This document shows, piece after piece, positions 26,997 to 38,172 of a stretch of DNA of 64,000 nt (positions are counted from its first letter, which is position 1; each line of letters starts with the position of its first letter). The stretch spans positions 42,018-106,017 of the forward strand of contig CAVTRY010000002.1 in assembly GCA_963737265.1 (NCBI GenBank), read 5' to 3'. This stretch comes from an uncultured delta proteobacterium. Lineage in GTDB: Bacteria; Myxococcota_A; Polyangia; Fen-1088. The translations under genes and the position numbers were made by a program. The notes beneath the pieces were generated by a model. It worked only from the letters and a program-made list of their open reading frames with translations, had not been told where the DNA came from and did not search any database.

Positions 26997-27103
26997 CGAA
27001 TTCCCTTGTTGTCCGGTCGCGGAACAAGGACGGAATTCTGCATTGACGGAACGATTGAGTGCTGAGAAACTCCGCCCGCCCGTGAACCCAGGGAGATAAT
27101 TGC

Positions 27104-28330
<1,227 letters not shown>

Positions 28331-28355
28331 ACCAAAGCGTAGACAGAGCATTCAC

Positions 28356-28387
28356 AAAAACGAGCCGCAGTCGAAAGACCGCGGCTC
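28356..28387. terminator. Intrinsic terminator hairpin between convergent genes
   Basis: GAGCCGC-AGTC-GAAA-GACC-GCGGCTC preceded by an A5 run (U-tract on the minus strand). Confidence 0.65.
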
Positions 28388-28465
28388 TCTTCATTTGGGA
28401 CCTTGGCGGCTCTTGCAAGCCTGGGTGGCCCGGCGATCCCGGGCCAGCCCATTCATCCGCAGACG

Positions 28466-29077
28466 CTAGTCGAGACTGCCGTCGATTTCGCTGTCGATCT
28501 TCGACGCGTCCAGCTCCATTGCGTCGATCACCGCGACGTCGAGATCCGCAACATCGAGAACTCCCGTGTCCAGAACAGGTGTGGAACCATCCACGCCGAC
28601 GGCCCCATCGATGTGGCCGCCATCGAGTGCGGGAGTCGTCGACCCGCCGTCCACACCCTTACCGTCCTCGGGCGTATCGCCCGATGCGTCGGGAGCAATC
28701 GAGACGTCCGATGCATCGGACAGGGCACCACCACTTCCGTCAACTGGCGAGGAGTCGGTTACGCCACCATCCTTACTGCCAGTCGAACCACCGGTGCTGG
28801 CTGAACCACCCGCGCCCGTCGTGCCGCCGGCAACCGTTACGCCACCCGTGCCGACCATGCCGCCGGTGCCGACCACGCCACCCGTCCCCGCTTTGCCGCC
28901 CGTGCCCACCGCGCCGCCGGTGCCAATCGCACCGCCAGTTGCCACGGTCCCGTCCCTCTTGCCATCCACCGCGCTATCGCTGGTGCTACCACCGCCGCTG
29001 CTTCCGCAGCCGGGTGCGAACAGACCAAACGTCACCAGCACTCCCATGCCAAAAACGAGAATCGCGTTCCGCTTCAT
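28466..29077 (-). CDS. Gly/Thr/Asp-rich low-complexity lipoprotein
   Basis: GAGG RBS; MKRNAILVFG...APGC lipobox; TGGxxG repeats. Confidence 0.75.
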   Translation of the reverse strand: MKRNAILVFGMGVLVTFGLFAPGCGSSGGGSTSDSAVDGKRDGTVATGGAIGTGGAVGTGGKAGTGGVVGTGGMVGTGGVTVAGGTTGAGGSASTGGSTGSKDGGVTDSSPVDGSGGALSDASDVSIAPDASGDTPEDGKGVDGGSTTPALDGGHIDGAVGVDGSTPVLDTGVLDVADLDVAVIDAMELDASKIDSEIDGSLD

Positions 29078-29211
29078 TAGTCCTCTCCTATGGATGAAAG
29101 CCAAGGGCATCCTAAGCGCCCCCAAAAAATATGCAAACCCTCTGAATCACAGTTAGTAACCCTCATAGCATCCTTCACTGCCATATCGCAACCCCAAAGA
29201 AGAGTCTTGCG

Positions 29212-31017
29212 TCACAGGCTGTCATCGGAGCGCACATCTCGTGCTCGGTCTTTCACTTCGTCCGGCATGGCTCCCTCGAGTTCTCCCAATTCGTCGCCGG
29301 TTTCGAGATCGGTACCAGGAACGCTGTCCTCGCCGGGAGGTGCGTCCACCACCGTGCGGCGGGCGAAACGCATCATCGCGTTCACGGCTCCGACTTGGGC
29401 AGCCCGCACGCTGGTCACGGCGCGCTTGCGGTGACCTTCGACGAGAATCGAGAATACGAGCACATCCGATCCGTCGCCGACATATCCGGAAAGGCATGAC
29501 ACACCGGTCAACGTTCCAGTCTTGGCGCGCACGCGATGAGCAGCCGAGGAACCGCGAAAGCGGTTTCTGGTCGTGCCGTCGACGCCACCCACGGAAAGCG
29601 ACTGCAACATTTCGGGACCGACGCGCGGATCGAAGTAGAGGCGCCGCAAGAGCTCGGCCATGCCCGCCGGAGTCACTCGATTCCGATGGCCCAAACCAGA
29701 TCCGTTCGTCGAGACGAAGGCCGTGGCCGGGATGCCGAGATCGGCGAGCGCTTCGCGCAGGACGCGCACGCCCTTGGCCGTCGTCGGTACGCCGCCGTAG
29801 ACCTCGGCGCCGACGGTTTCGAGGACACGTTCGGCCCACTCGTTGTCCGAGTCCTTGTTTACGCGGCGAAGAAGAATCGGCAGCGATTCGGACTCGTGCA
29901 GGGTGAGAAGCTCGGGTGGCGACGACATTTCTCCAGCGCCGAGCTGGGACGGACTGTCGCTGACAGGCGGCCCTAGTGCGACCATTGCGCCATCGAGCGA
30001 CAGGTGGCCGGCGACGCGCGCGCGGCCGTCGCCGGTGTAGATGCCGGCACTGCCGCGCACGTCGATACCGGCTTGAACGAGCGCGTGACGAAGAAGAATC
30101 GCAACGTACAGCGGATCGCTCGGCGTGGCCCGGTGGATGACGACCTCGCCGCGTGCAACCGCGATCTTGCCACCCACGACGATGCGGATTCGGTTGCCCG
30201 CGCGTTCGAGAGAAACGTCGAGGTGGCCCTTGCCCTTGACGCGCGTCTCCGCTTGGTTGACGACCACAAAGGCATCGGACGCGGGTCGAACCGAGACCAC
30301 GGGCCGGCCGCCGACTCGGTCGCCGGGCCGAACGTGCACCTCGATCGCGGTCGAACCCACGCGCAGCGGAGAGCGGCCACCTGGCCCACTTTCGTCGGAG
30401 CCGAGGCGGCGTGGATCGCCGAGGATTCCACCCGTCACTGCGGTCACTCCCTGCGCCACCAAGGAGTCCGCCATGGCATCGAGGTGGCGCGGGCGCAACG
30501 AAGGATCGCCGCTACCGCGAATCACCAAATCGCCGCGAACTCTGCCGTCGCCATCCGGGTGCGCACCGGTGATCTCCGTGCGATAGCGGAATGTGCTACC
30601 CAAACGCAAGAGCGCCGCCGTCGTGGCAAGAACCTTTTGGTTGGACGCGGGATCCATCAAGACCGAGCCACGCCGGCTGTAGAGAAGCCTGCCGCTGGCC
30701 AAATCCTCGACGCGCATGCCGACCCGCAGTCGACCGAACACCTTGCCGTGGACGATAGCGTCGAGCGCTTCCTGCAGACGCAGGATGCGATCGCGCTCGG
30801 GATCGCTGGCGTCGGGCTTGGGCGCTTCGTTGGCAATCACGACCGGCAAAGTCTCGCGCGTCGTCGCCGGAGGCTTGCAGGCCGGCTTCTTCGTCGTCGC
30901 CGCAGTCTTGCTGGCCGTGACCCTTGTCTTGGCCGGAATCTTCGCGGCCTTGGCCGGACCGGCCCAAGCGGGCAGCGCGAACAAGAGGGCCAACAGGAAC
31001 GCCACGACTTGCTTCAT
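29212..31017 (-). CDS. dacB: D-alanyl-D-alanine carboxypeptidase/endopeptidase (PBP4, peptidase S13)
   Basis: Signal peptide; PASNQK (SxxK), GSGDP, SDN, GSGL, AKTGTL. Confidence 0.92.
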   Translation of the reverse strand: MKQVVAFLLALLFALPAWAGPAKAAKIPAKTRVTASKTAATTKKPACKPPATTRETLPVVIANEAPKPDASDPERDRILRLQEALDAIVHGKVFGRLRVGMRVEDLASGRLLYSRRGSVLMDPASNQKVLATTAALLRLGSTFRYRTEITGAHPDGDGRVRGDLVIRGSGDPSLRPRHLDAMADSLVAQGVTAVTGGILGDPRRLGSDESGPGGRSPLRVGSTAIEVHVRPGDRVGGRPVVSVRPASDAFVVVNQAETRVKGKGHLDVSLERAGNRIRIVVGGKIAVARGEVVIHRATPSDPLYVAILLRHALVQAGIDVRGSAGIYTGDGRARVAGHLSLDGAMVALGPPVSDSPSQLGAGEMSSPPELLTLHESESLPILLRRVNKDSDNEWAERVLETVGAEVYGGVPTTAKGVRVLREALADLGIPATAFVSTNGSGLGHRNRVTPAGMAELLRRLYFDPRVGPEMLQSLSVGGVDGTTRNRFRGSSAAHRVRAKTGTLTGVSCLSGYVGDGSDVLVFSILVEGHRKRAVTSVRAAQVGAVNAMMRFARRTVVDAPPGEDSVPGTDLETGDELGELEGAMPDEVKDRARDVRSDDSL

Positions 31018-31736
31018 CGGCTCACACAGCGAAAACCCAAATCGGCGTCGCGGTAGCTTGCATCCCACGCGTTGCGATTGGCCGCGCGAGGCTCGACGAA
31101 GTAGCTGCAGCAGGAACCGCCGCGGACCACCCGACGAGAGGGATCGCGGTTGTATCTGTCGGCGACCCATTCCCATACGTTGCCGGCCATGTCCAGAGCA
31201 CCGTAGGGACTGGCCCCCTGCGGATAGCTGCCTACGGCAACCGGCCGGCCAGGATTCTTTCCGGCGCATGGGCCTTCATTGTCGAAATTGCCCCAGTTGG
31301 CGCGCGCGCAGTCGAGATCGTCGCCCCAGGGATAGTCGCGGCCACTGCTTCCACGCGCCGCTTTCTCCCATTCGTCTTCGCTCGGCAGGCGGCCGCCAGC
31401 GTAGGCGCAGAAGGCGCGCGCTTCGTTCCAGTTGACCTGGGTGACGGGAAGGTTCGGCTCGCCCTGCAAATCGAGTGCGAGGGGCTGACAGCGGCGCGCG
31501 GCCACGCAGCTCGCGTACGCGGCGCGCGTGACTTCGGTGCGGTCGATGCGAAAAGGCGGCAGCGTGCGAACAAGGACCGGCCGTTCGTCGTCGGCGCCGC
31601 GCAGCGAACCGCGCGAGAACGGACCTGCCGGGACGACCACACGATCGATTTTCGGTCCGGCGTCCGCAACGCCGACGTTTGGGGCGTTGGCACCCGCGAA
31701 AAGGAAGATTCCCGCCACCCACGAAGCGCGCCTCAC
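31014..31736 (-). CDS. Formylglycine-generating enzyme (SUMF1) family protein
   Basis: RLPSEDEWEKAARG, DMAGNVWEW, LGFRC. Confidence 0.9.
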   Translation of the reverse strand: MRRASWVAGIFLFAGANAPNVGVADAGPKIDRVVVPAGPFSRGSLRGADDERPVLVRTLPPFRIDRTEVTRAAYASCVAARRCQPLALDLQGEPNLPVTQVNWNEARAFCAYAGGRLPSEDEWEKAARGSSGRDYPWGDDLDCARANWGNFDNEGPCAGKNPGRPVAVGSYPQGASPYGALDMAGNVWEWVADRYNRDPSRRVVRGGSCCSYFVEPRAANRNAWDASYRDADLGFRCVSR

Positions 31737-31984
31737 GGCGATCCTCCGATGAGCACAAGCTTCGCCGAACGCGACAGCGCCTTGATGGCGGCCTCGCGGC
31801 GAGCCGCTGCCGCGTGGCTCGATTTTCGTTCGCTGTGCAGGAGGGCGATGGGCGCGCGGCCGCGCGTGTAGCGCGCGCCTTGACCGCGGTTGTGCTTGGC
31901 CACGCGCGCCTCCACGTCACGGCTGATTCCCGTGTACAGCGTACCGTCGCCACATCGGACGACATAGACGAACCAAGCGGCCAT
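31733..31984 (-). CDS. GIY-YIG nuclease family protein (UPF0213)
   Basis: WFVYVVRCGDGTLYTGI...HNRGQGARYTRGR, 83 aa. Confidence 0.9.
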   Translation of the reverse strand: MAAWFVYVVRCGDGTLYTGISRDVEARVAKHNRGQGARYTRGRAPIALLHSERKSSHAAAARREAAIKALSRSAKLVLIGGSP

Positions 31985-32052
31985 GCCCAAAAACACTATG
32001 GCCATGCCGCCGCTGGCTGGCAAATTTCCCTGCTTGCCGTTTTCGCCGTCGG

Positions 32053-32991
32053 CTACTCTTGGGCCTGCAAGGCCAGCCGCTGCAAGCGCGCCCGAGCCTC
32101 CTCGAGCCACGGGCTGACGGAACCTGCCTTGTGGGTTTCGAGGTCGACGAAGCGCCGCAGGTGCTCGGCCGCTTGTCGCTTGCTGCCCAGCTTTTCGAGC
32201 GCGGTGGCCAGATTGTAGTGGGCGTCCGCGAACCACGGACTGTGCTGCACGACCCGTCGCAGCTCGGAAGCGGCTTGTTCGATCTCGCCCTGCTCGTAAA
32301 GGATGCCGGCCAAGTTGTAACGGGCCTCGGGCTGCTCGGGATCGAGCGCCAGCGCCGCACCAAACTCGATGCGGGCGCCGGCGACGTCGCCCTTGCGGTA
32401 CGCCAGCGAACCGAGATTGGTATGCGCGGCCGAAAGCCCTGGATCGAGGTCGAGGGCCTTGCGATACGACGCCTCTGCCTGCGCGGCCTGACCGGGCTGG
32501 TTTTCCTCGGCAAGTCCGCTGGCGAACCAATCGTAGGCGTTTTGGTTGGGCGTGGCTGCGGACGACACCTCGTCGGGCCTCGCGTCGGCCAGAGCCAAAA
32601 CCTCTGCCGCACGGGCCGCCAGATCGGACAGCCCAAAGTCGAAGCGGCGCTGGCCCGAAACCTCGAACGTGACGCCATCGTCGATCACCGCCAGCGAGCT
32701 TCCGTCCCACGCCACGCGCAGCTTTTCCAGCGGCCGGTCCACCGACGGCAACTTGGCCCGCACCTTTTCTAGCGCCTTGCGAATGTGCGCGGGCTGAAAG
32801 CCGCGATCGACCAACTCCTTGGCCGCGCGTGCACTGACTAGATCTTGAAAGGAGAAGACCTGCCGCGCGCCTCGACGCAGGGACGGGCCGACGAAACCCG
32901 ATTGCGACCAGTAGCGCAGCTTCGCCTCGGGCAAGCCGAGAATGCGCGCGGCCGCGCCAAAGCCGTATTCCCGTTCGACTGCGGTCGCCAT
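32053..32991 (-). CDS. MerR-type HTH + TPR protein
   Basis: N-terminal AARILGLPEAKLRYW...FSFQDL; C-terminal TPR motifs (AHTNLG, ARYNLA, AHYNLA). Confidence 0.85.
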   Translation of the reverse strand: MATAVEREYGFGAAARILGLPEAKLRYWSQSGFVGPSLRRGARQVFSFQDLVSARAAKELVDRGFQPAHIRKALEKVRAKLPSVDRPLEKLRVAWDGSSLAVIDDGVTFEVSGQRRFDFGLSDLAARAAEVLALADARPDEVSSAATPNQNAYDWFASGLAEENQPGQAAQAEASYRKALDLDPGLSAAHTNLGSLAYRKGDVAGARIEFGAALALDPEQPEARYNLAGILYEQGEIEQAASELRRVVQHSPWFADAHYNLATALEKLGSKRQAAEHLRRFVDLETHKAGSVSPWLEEARARLQRLALQAQE

Positions 32992-33458
32992 CACAGTCCG
33001 GCCTCCACGTCGATATCGAGGAAGATTCGCGTGCCTTGGGTGCGAATCCTGGTCTCGCCGCGAACCGTTTTCGGCTTGTTGCGCGCGACTCGCTCGACCT
33101 CGCGACGGACGATGGCTTGGCTGCGCTGGGCGAGCGACGGTTCCTTACCGAGCAGAACCGCCAAGCGGCGCGCGGTGCCTTCGTCCGCGGGCTCGCGAAA
33201 AATCCCCGCCAGGTCGGCTACGTCGCAGGTGAGCATGGTTGACCCAAGAAAGACGCGCCTGCCTTGAACGCCACTGATTTCGCCTTCCGAGATCACAACG
33301 GCGTGCGCGAAGAGAGCGTCCAGGCCGGCTTGCGAGAGGTGCTCGATGACCTCGCGCTCGAACAGCGCGATTCGCTGAACCTGGGCCATGGGCCGAATTT
33401 CATGCGGCGCAACCGCGAGACGGATTAGGGGCGGCTGCGCGATCGCTTCGTCGGGCAT
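32991..33458 (-). CDS. Hypothetical protein
   Basis: Open frame whose stop overlaps the MerR-TPR start (TGATG); start uncertain. Confidence 0.6.
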   Translation of the reverse strand: MPDEAIAQPPLIRLAVAPHEIRPMAQVQRIALFEREVIEHLSQAGLDALFAHAVVISEGEISGVQGRRVFLGSTMLTCDVADLAGIFREPADEGTARRLAVLLGKEPSLAQRSQAIVRREVERVARNKPKTVRGETRIRTQGTRIFLDIDVEAGL

Positions 33459-33579
33459 GATGATCTTGAGGCGGCTATGTGGTGCCATGTGATGAGATGT
33501 AGGATAACAGGAGTTCGCGGTCTGGCAAAAAAGTTGGGGTGCAGGCCAGCAAGAGAGCCGTAGTTTTCGGACCGGGACG

Positions 33580-34386
33580 ATGATGCGAAACGATGATGAT
33601 AGTGTGCGGGCGGAGCAACGAGCTGCAATGGCCAATTTCTTGTGGGATTTGTACGCGCTCTGCTACGACGCCATCACCGGGCTCGCTCCTTACCAGGAGA
33701 TGCTGGACGAAGTCGTGGAGGCGCTCGACCTTGCGCCCGGCATGCGCGTGCTCGACGCCGGATGCGGAACCGGGGCTCTTGCCGATCGATTCGCTGCCGC
33801 TTGCCCGGACATCGAGCTGCTGGCGGTCGATCTTTCGCCGGGGATGTTGCGGCGGGCTCGGGCGCGTCGGATATGGCCGGCCACGTTCGCCTTCCTTGAA
33901 GGCAACATCGACGACGTGCTTGCAAACGACGCGCGCGGGTTCGATCGCGTCGCGAGTGTGAATGTCATCTGGACCCTGCCCGATCCACAGCGGACCTTCG
34001 CACGCATGGCGGCTCGCCTGCGCCAGCACGGGCGCATGGTACACACGACCCCGCGCTGGCGTTTTCGCGCGAACGTCGTGCTGTGGCGACACCTGCGCCA
34101 GCGCAGAGGCCGCGACCTGCTGCAAGCCCTGCTCGGCCTGCCGCGGCTGTTGCTGGCGGGTCTGCTGAACCTGGTCCTGGTCGGACAAAGCGTGCTGCGG
34201 GCCCGGTCCCGCCAGGCGAACCAACGGTGGCACGCCAATGGGCTGGCCGAGTTGCTCTGCGCGGCCGGCGTTCCGCCGCGCGTGGTGCGGCCGTGCTACG
34301 CCGGGCAAGGGCATCTGCTCGTGTGCGACAAGGAATCCACGGCGCCAACCGGTCCGTGGTTGCCAGCAGCCGCCAAGGACCTGTAG
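33580..34386 (+). CDS. Class I SAM-dependent methyltransferase
   Basis: VLDAGCGTG, VDLSPGML. Confidence 0.85.
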   Translation: MMRNDDDSVRAEQRAAMANFLWDLYALCYDAITGLAPYQEMLDEVVEALDLAPGMRVLDAGCGTGALADRFAAACPDIELLAVDLSPGMLRRARARRIWPATFAFLEGNIDDVLANDARGFDRVASVNVIWTLPDPQRTFARMAARLRQHGRMVHTTPRWRFRANVVLWRHLRQRRGRDLLQALLGLPRLLLAGLLNLVLVGQSVLRARSRQANQRWHANGLAELLCAAGVPPRVVRPCYAGQGHLLVCDKESTAPTGPWLPAAAKDL

Positions 34387-34399
34387 ACTCGCCGCCCTG

Positions 34400-35260
34400 A
34401 TGGAAGCGCCAGTCGAAATATGCTACGCGGGCGTGGTCGTCGGCCGAGCGCAAGAGGTGCGGAGCACCGAAGGCGAGACCTTGGCGTTCTTCCTCGCGTT
34501 GCGCGAGCCTATGCCCGTCGGCACGGTGGTGAGCTTGCGCTCCGGCGGACAGGAGACTCCGGCGCGCGTCGTCCGTGCGGTTGAAGCCGCCGATGCAGTT
34601 GGCAGCGGCATGCAAGTTCGCCTGATAGGCGACGCCGAGGTCGCCGCGCCCGAGTGGATTCCACCGCCGGCGAAGGCCAAAGCAGTCACGCCTGCTCCGC
34701 CGAGCGAGCCCTCTTCAGTCGAGCCCGGTCCAGCAAACACGCAGGAAAGCAACGCAGAAGGTTCGACGCCTTCCGCGCCGGAACCGACCTCCCAACCTGC
34801 CGTCACGTCCGCGGCGGAGCCGGCCACCGACCCCGTTGTGGCGGCGACCGTGGTGGCCCCAGCCCCGGTTGACCCTACGCCGGTCGCGGGCGCCGAAGCG
34901 TCCGCCGAAGCGTCCGTCGAAAAGGCCGCCGAAGCGTTCGCCGAAACCGCCGCCGAAGCGTTCGCCGAAAAGGCGGCGAGCCAAACCAACGCCGTACCAG
35001 AATCGGTGCCGGTGGCAGTGGGCTCTTCGATGACGGGAGCCTTGGAAAACGCGACCGAGACGACGCGTCCCTACGGCCAGTCCACGAGCACGTTCGCCGC
35101 CGCACCATCATCTGCGCCATCGCAAGTGGCCACGGATTGGCCCAGCGGGGAAACCGGCTCGGGAGCTTTGTCCGGCGGCACGGCGACGGCCGAAGAGTTG
35201 CCTCCCGCGCGCCCGGTGTCCGGCCCAAGCGGACGTCGCAAGACCAGGCGGCGCAAGTAG
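34400..35260 (+). CDS. PilZ-like N-terminal domain + long Pro/Ala-rich disordered tail
   Basis: FFLALREPMPVGTVVSL...ARVVR...GMQVRL pattern; basic C-terminus. Confidence 0.6.
   Translation: MEAPVEICYAGVVVGRAQEVRSTEGETLAFFLALREPMPVGTVVSLRSGGQETPARVVRAVEAADAVGSGMQVRLIGDAEVAAPEWIPPPAKAKAVTPAPPSEPSSVEPGPANTQESNAEGSTPSAPEPTSQPAVTSAAEPATDPVVAATVVAPAPVDPTPVAGAEASAEASVEKAAEAFAETAAEAFAEKAASQTNAVPESVPVAVGSSMTGALENATETTRPYGQSTSTFAAAPSSAPSQVATDWPSGETGSGALSGGTATAEELPPARPVSGPSGRRKTRRRK
34892..34975 (+). repeat. Intragenic 12-bp tandem repeat, 7 units
   Basis: G(C/T)CGAA-NNN-NNN units encoding AEAS AEAS VEKA AEAF AETA AEAF AEKA. Confidence 0.8.
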
Positions 35261-35278
35261 CGCGCCTTCGCCTGAGCC

Positions 35279-36202
<924 letters not shown>

Positions 36203-36209
36203 CCGACCG

Positions 36210-36521
36210 TCAACTGACTTGCGACGGATCGACCGGAACGCCCTCTTCGATGCGGCCAAAGGTTTGTTCGTAGCGCGCGATGTTGGTTTCCAGAGCGCGC
36301 AACAGACGCTTGGCGTGGCGGGGAGAGGAAATGATGCGCGACCGCACGCGCGCGCGCGGCGCCCCCGGCTGCACGTAGACGAAGTCGAAGGTGAATTCCG
36401 CGTCGGTGTGGTTGAGGAAAACCAGGTTGCAGTAGGCACCTTGGGCGGTGGTCTCGTCGAGCTCGATCTGAAGCTGTGGGCCGCCCGGCGGAGTGGGAGG
36501 AGTCTTGGGTTGGTCGGACAT
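36210..36521 (-). CDS. DUF3467 family protein
   Basis: QIELDE..AQGAYCN...EFTFDF...RIISSPRHAKRL..FGRI. Confidence 0.85.
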   Translation of the reverse strand: MSDQPKTPPTPPGGPQLQIELDETTAQGAYCNLVFLNHTDAEFTFDFVYVQPGAPRARVRSRIISSPRHAKRLLRALETNIARYEQTFGRIEEGVPVDPSQVS

Positions 36522-36556
36522 GTGGAAGTTGTACCGCAACTCCGGTTATAGACTAG

Positions 36557-36996
36557 GTGGCTTTTATGGACAGAGTGCTCGGCATCGACTTGGGCTCGCG
36601 CCGCATCGGCGTGGCGGTTTCCGACGGCCTCGGGCTTACGGCTCAGCCGCGATCCACGCTGGCTCGCCACGGCGGCACGCGTGACATGCAATCGATTGCC
36701 GCCGCGGTCAAGGAAGCGGGTGCGCAGCGCATCGTTGTCGGCCTGCCGCTCGATCCCGAGGGCAACGAGGGCCTGGCCGCCCGGCGCGCGCGCGACTTCG
36801 CCGACAAGCTTCGCTCGGCCCTGAAACTCCCGGTCGATCTCGTCGACGAAAGCTTCAGTACCGTCGAGGCCGAGGCGGTTCTACTCGCGGCGGATGTGTC
36901 GCGGGCGCGGCGCAAGCAGGTGGTGGACAAGCTGGCGGCAGCCGTGATTTTGCAACGCTGGCTCGACGCTCGCCGCGGCCACACCGAGGAGAACCC

Positions 36997-37000
<4 letters not shown>
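36557..37000 (+). CDS. ruvX: YqgF/RuvX nuclease
   Basis: LGIDLGSRRIGVAVSD, DESFST, DKLAAAVILQ. Confidence 0.93.
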
Positions 37001-38118
<1,118 letters not shown>

Positions 38119-38172
38119 CATCAGCTTGGCCTCGGCAGCGTGCCGGCGTCGCGCAGCCTCACCTGTCCAGCC

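Noticed and set aside
31733-32710. 325-aa GIY-YIG fusion
   Set aside because: The upstream part overlaps the MerR-TPR gene out of frame; the real gene is the 83-aa C-terminal portion.
34892-34975. CRISPR array
   Set aside because: In-frame 12-bp coding repeat without spacers; no cas genes or repeat-spacer array seen in the window.
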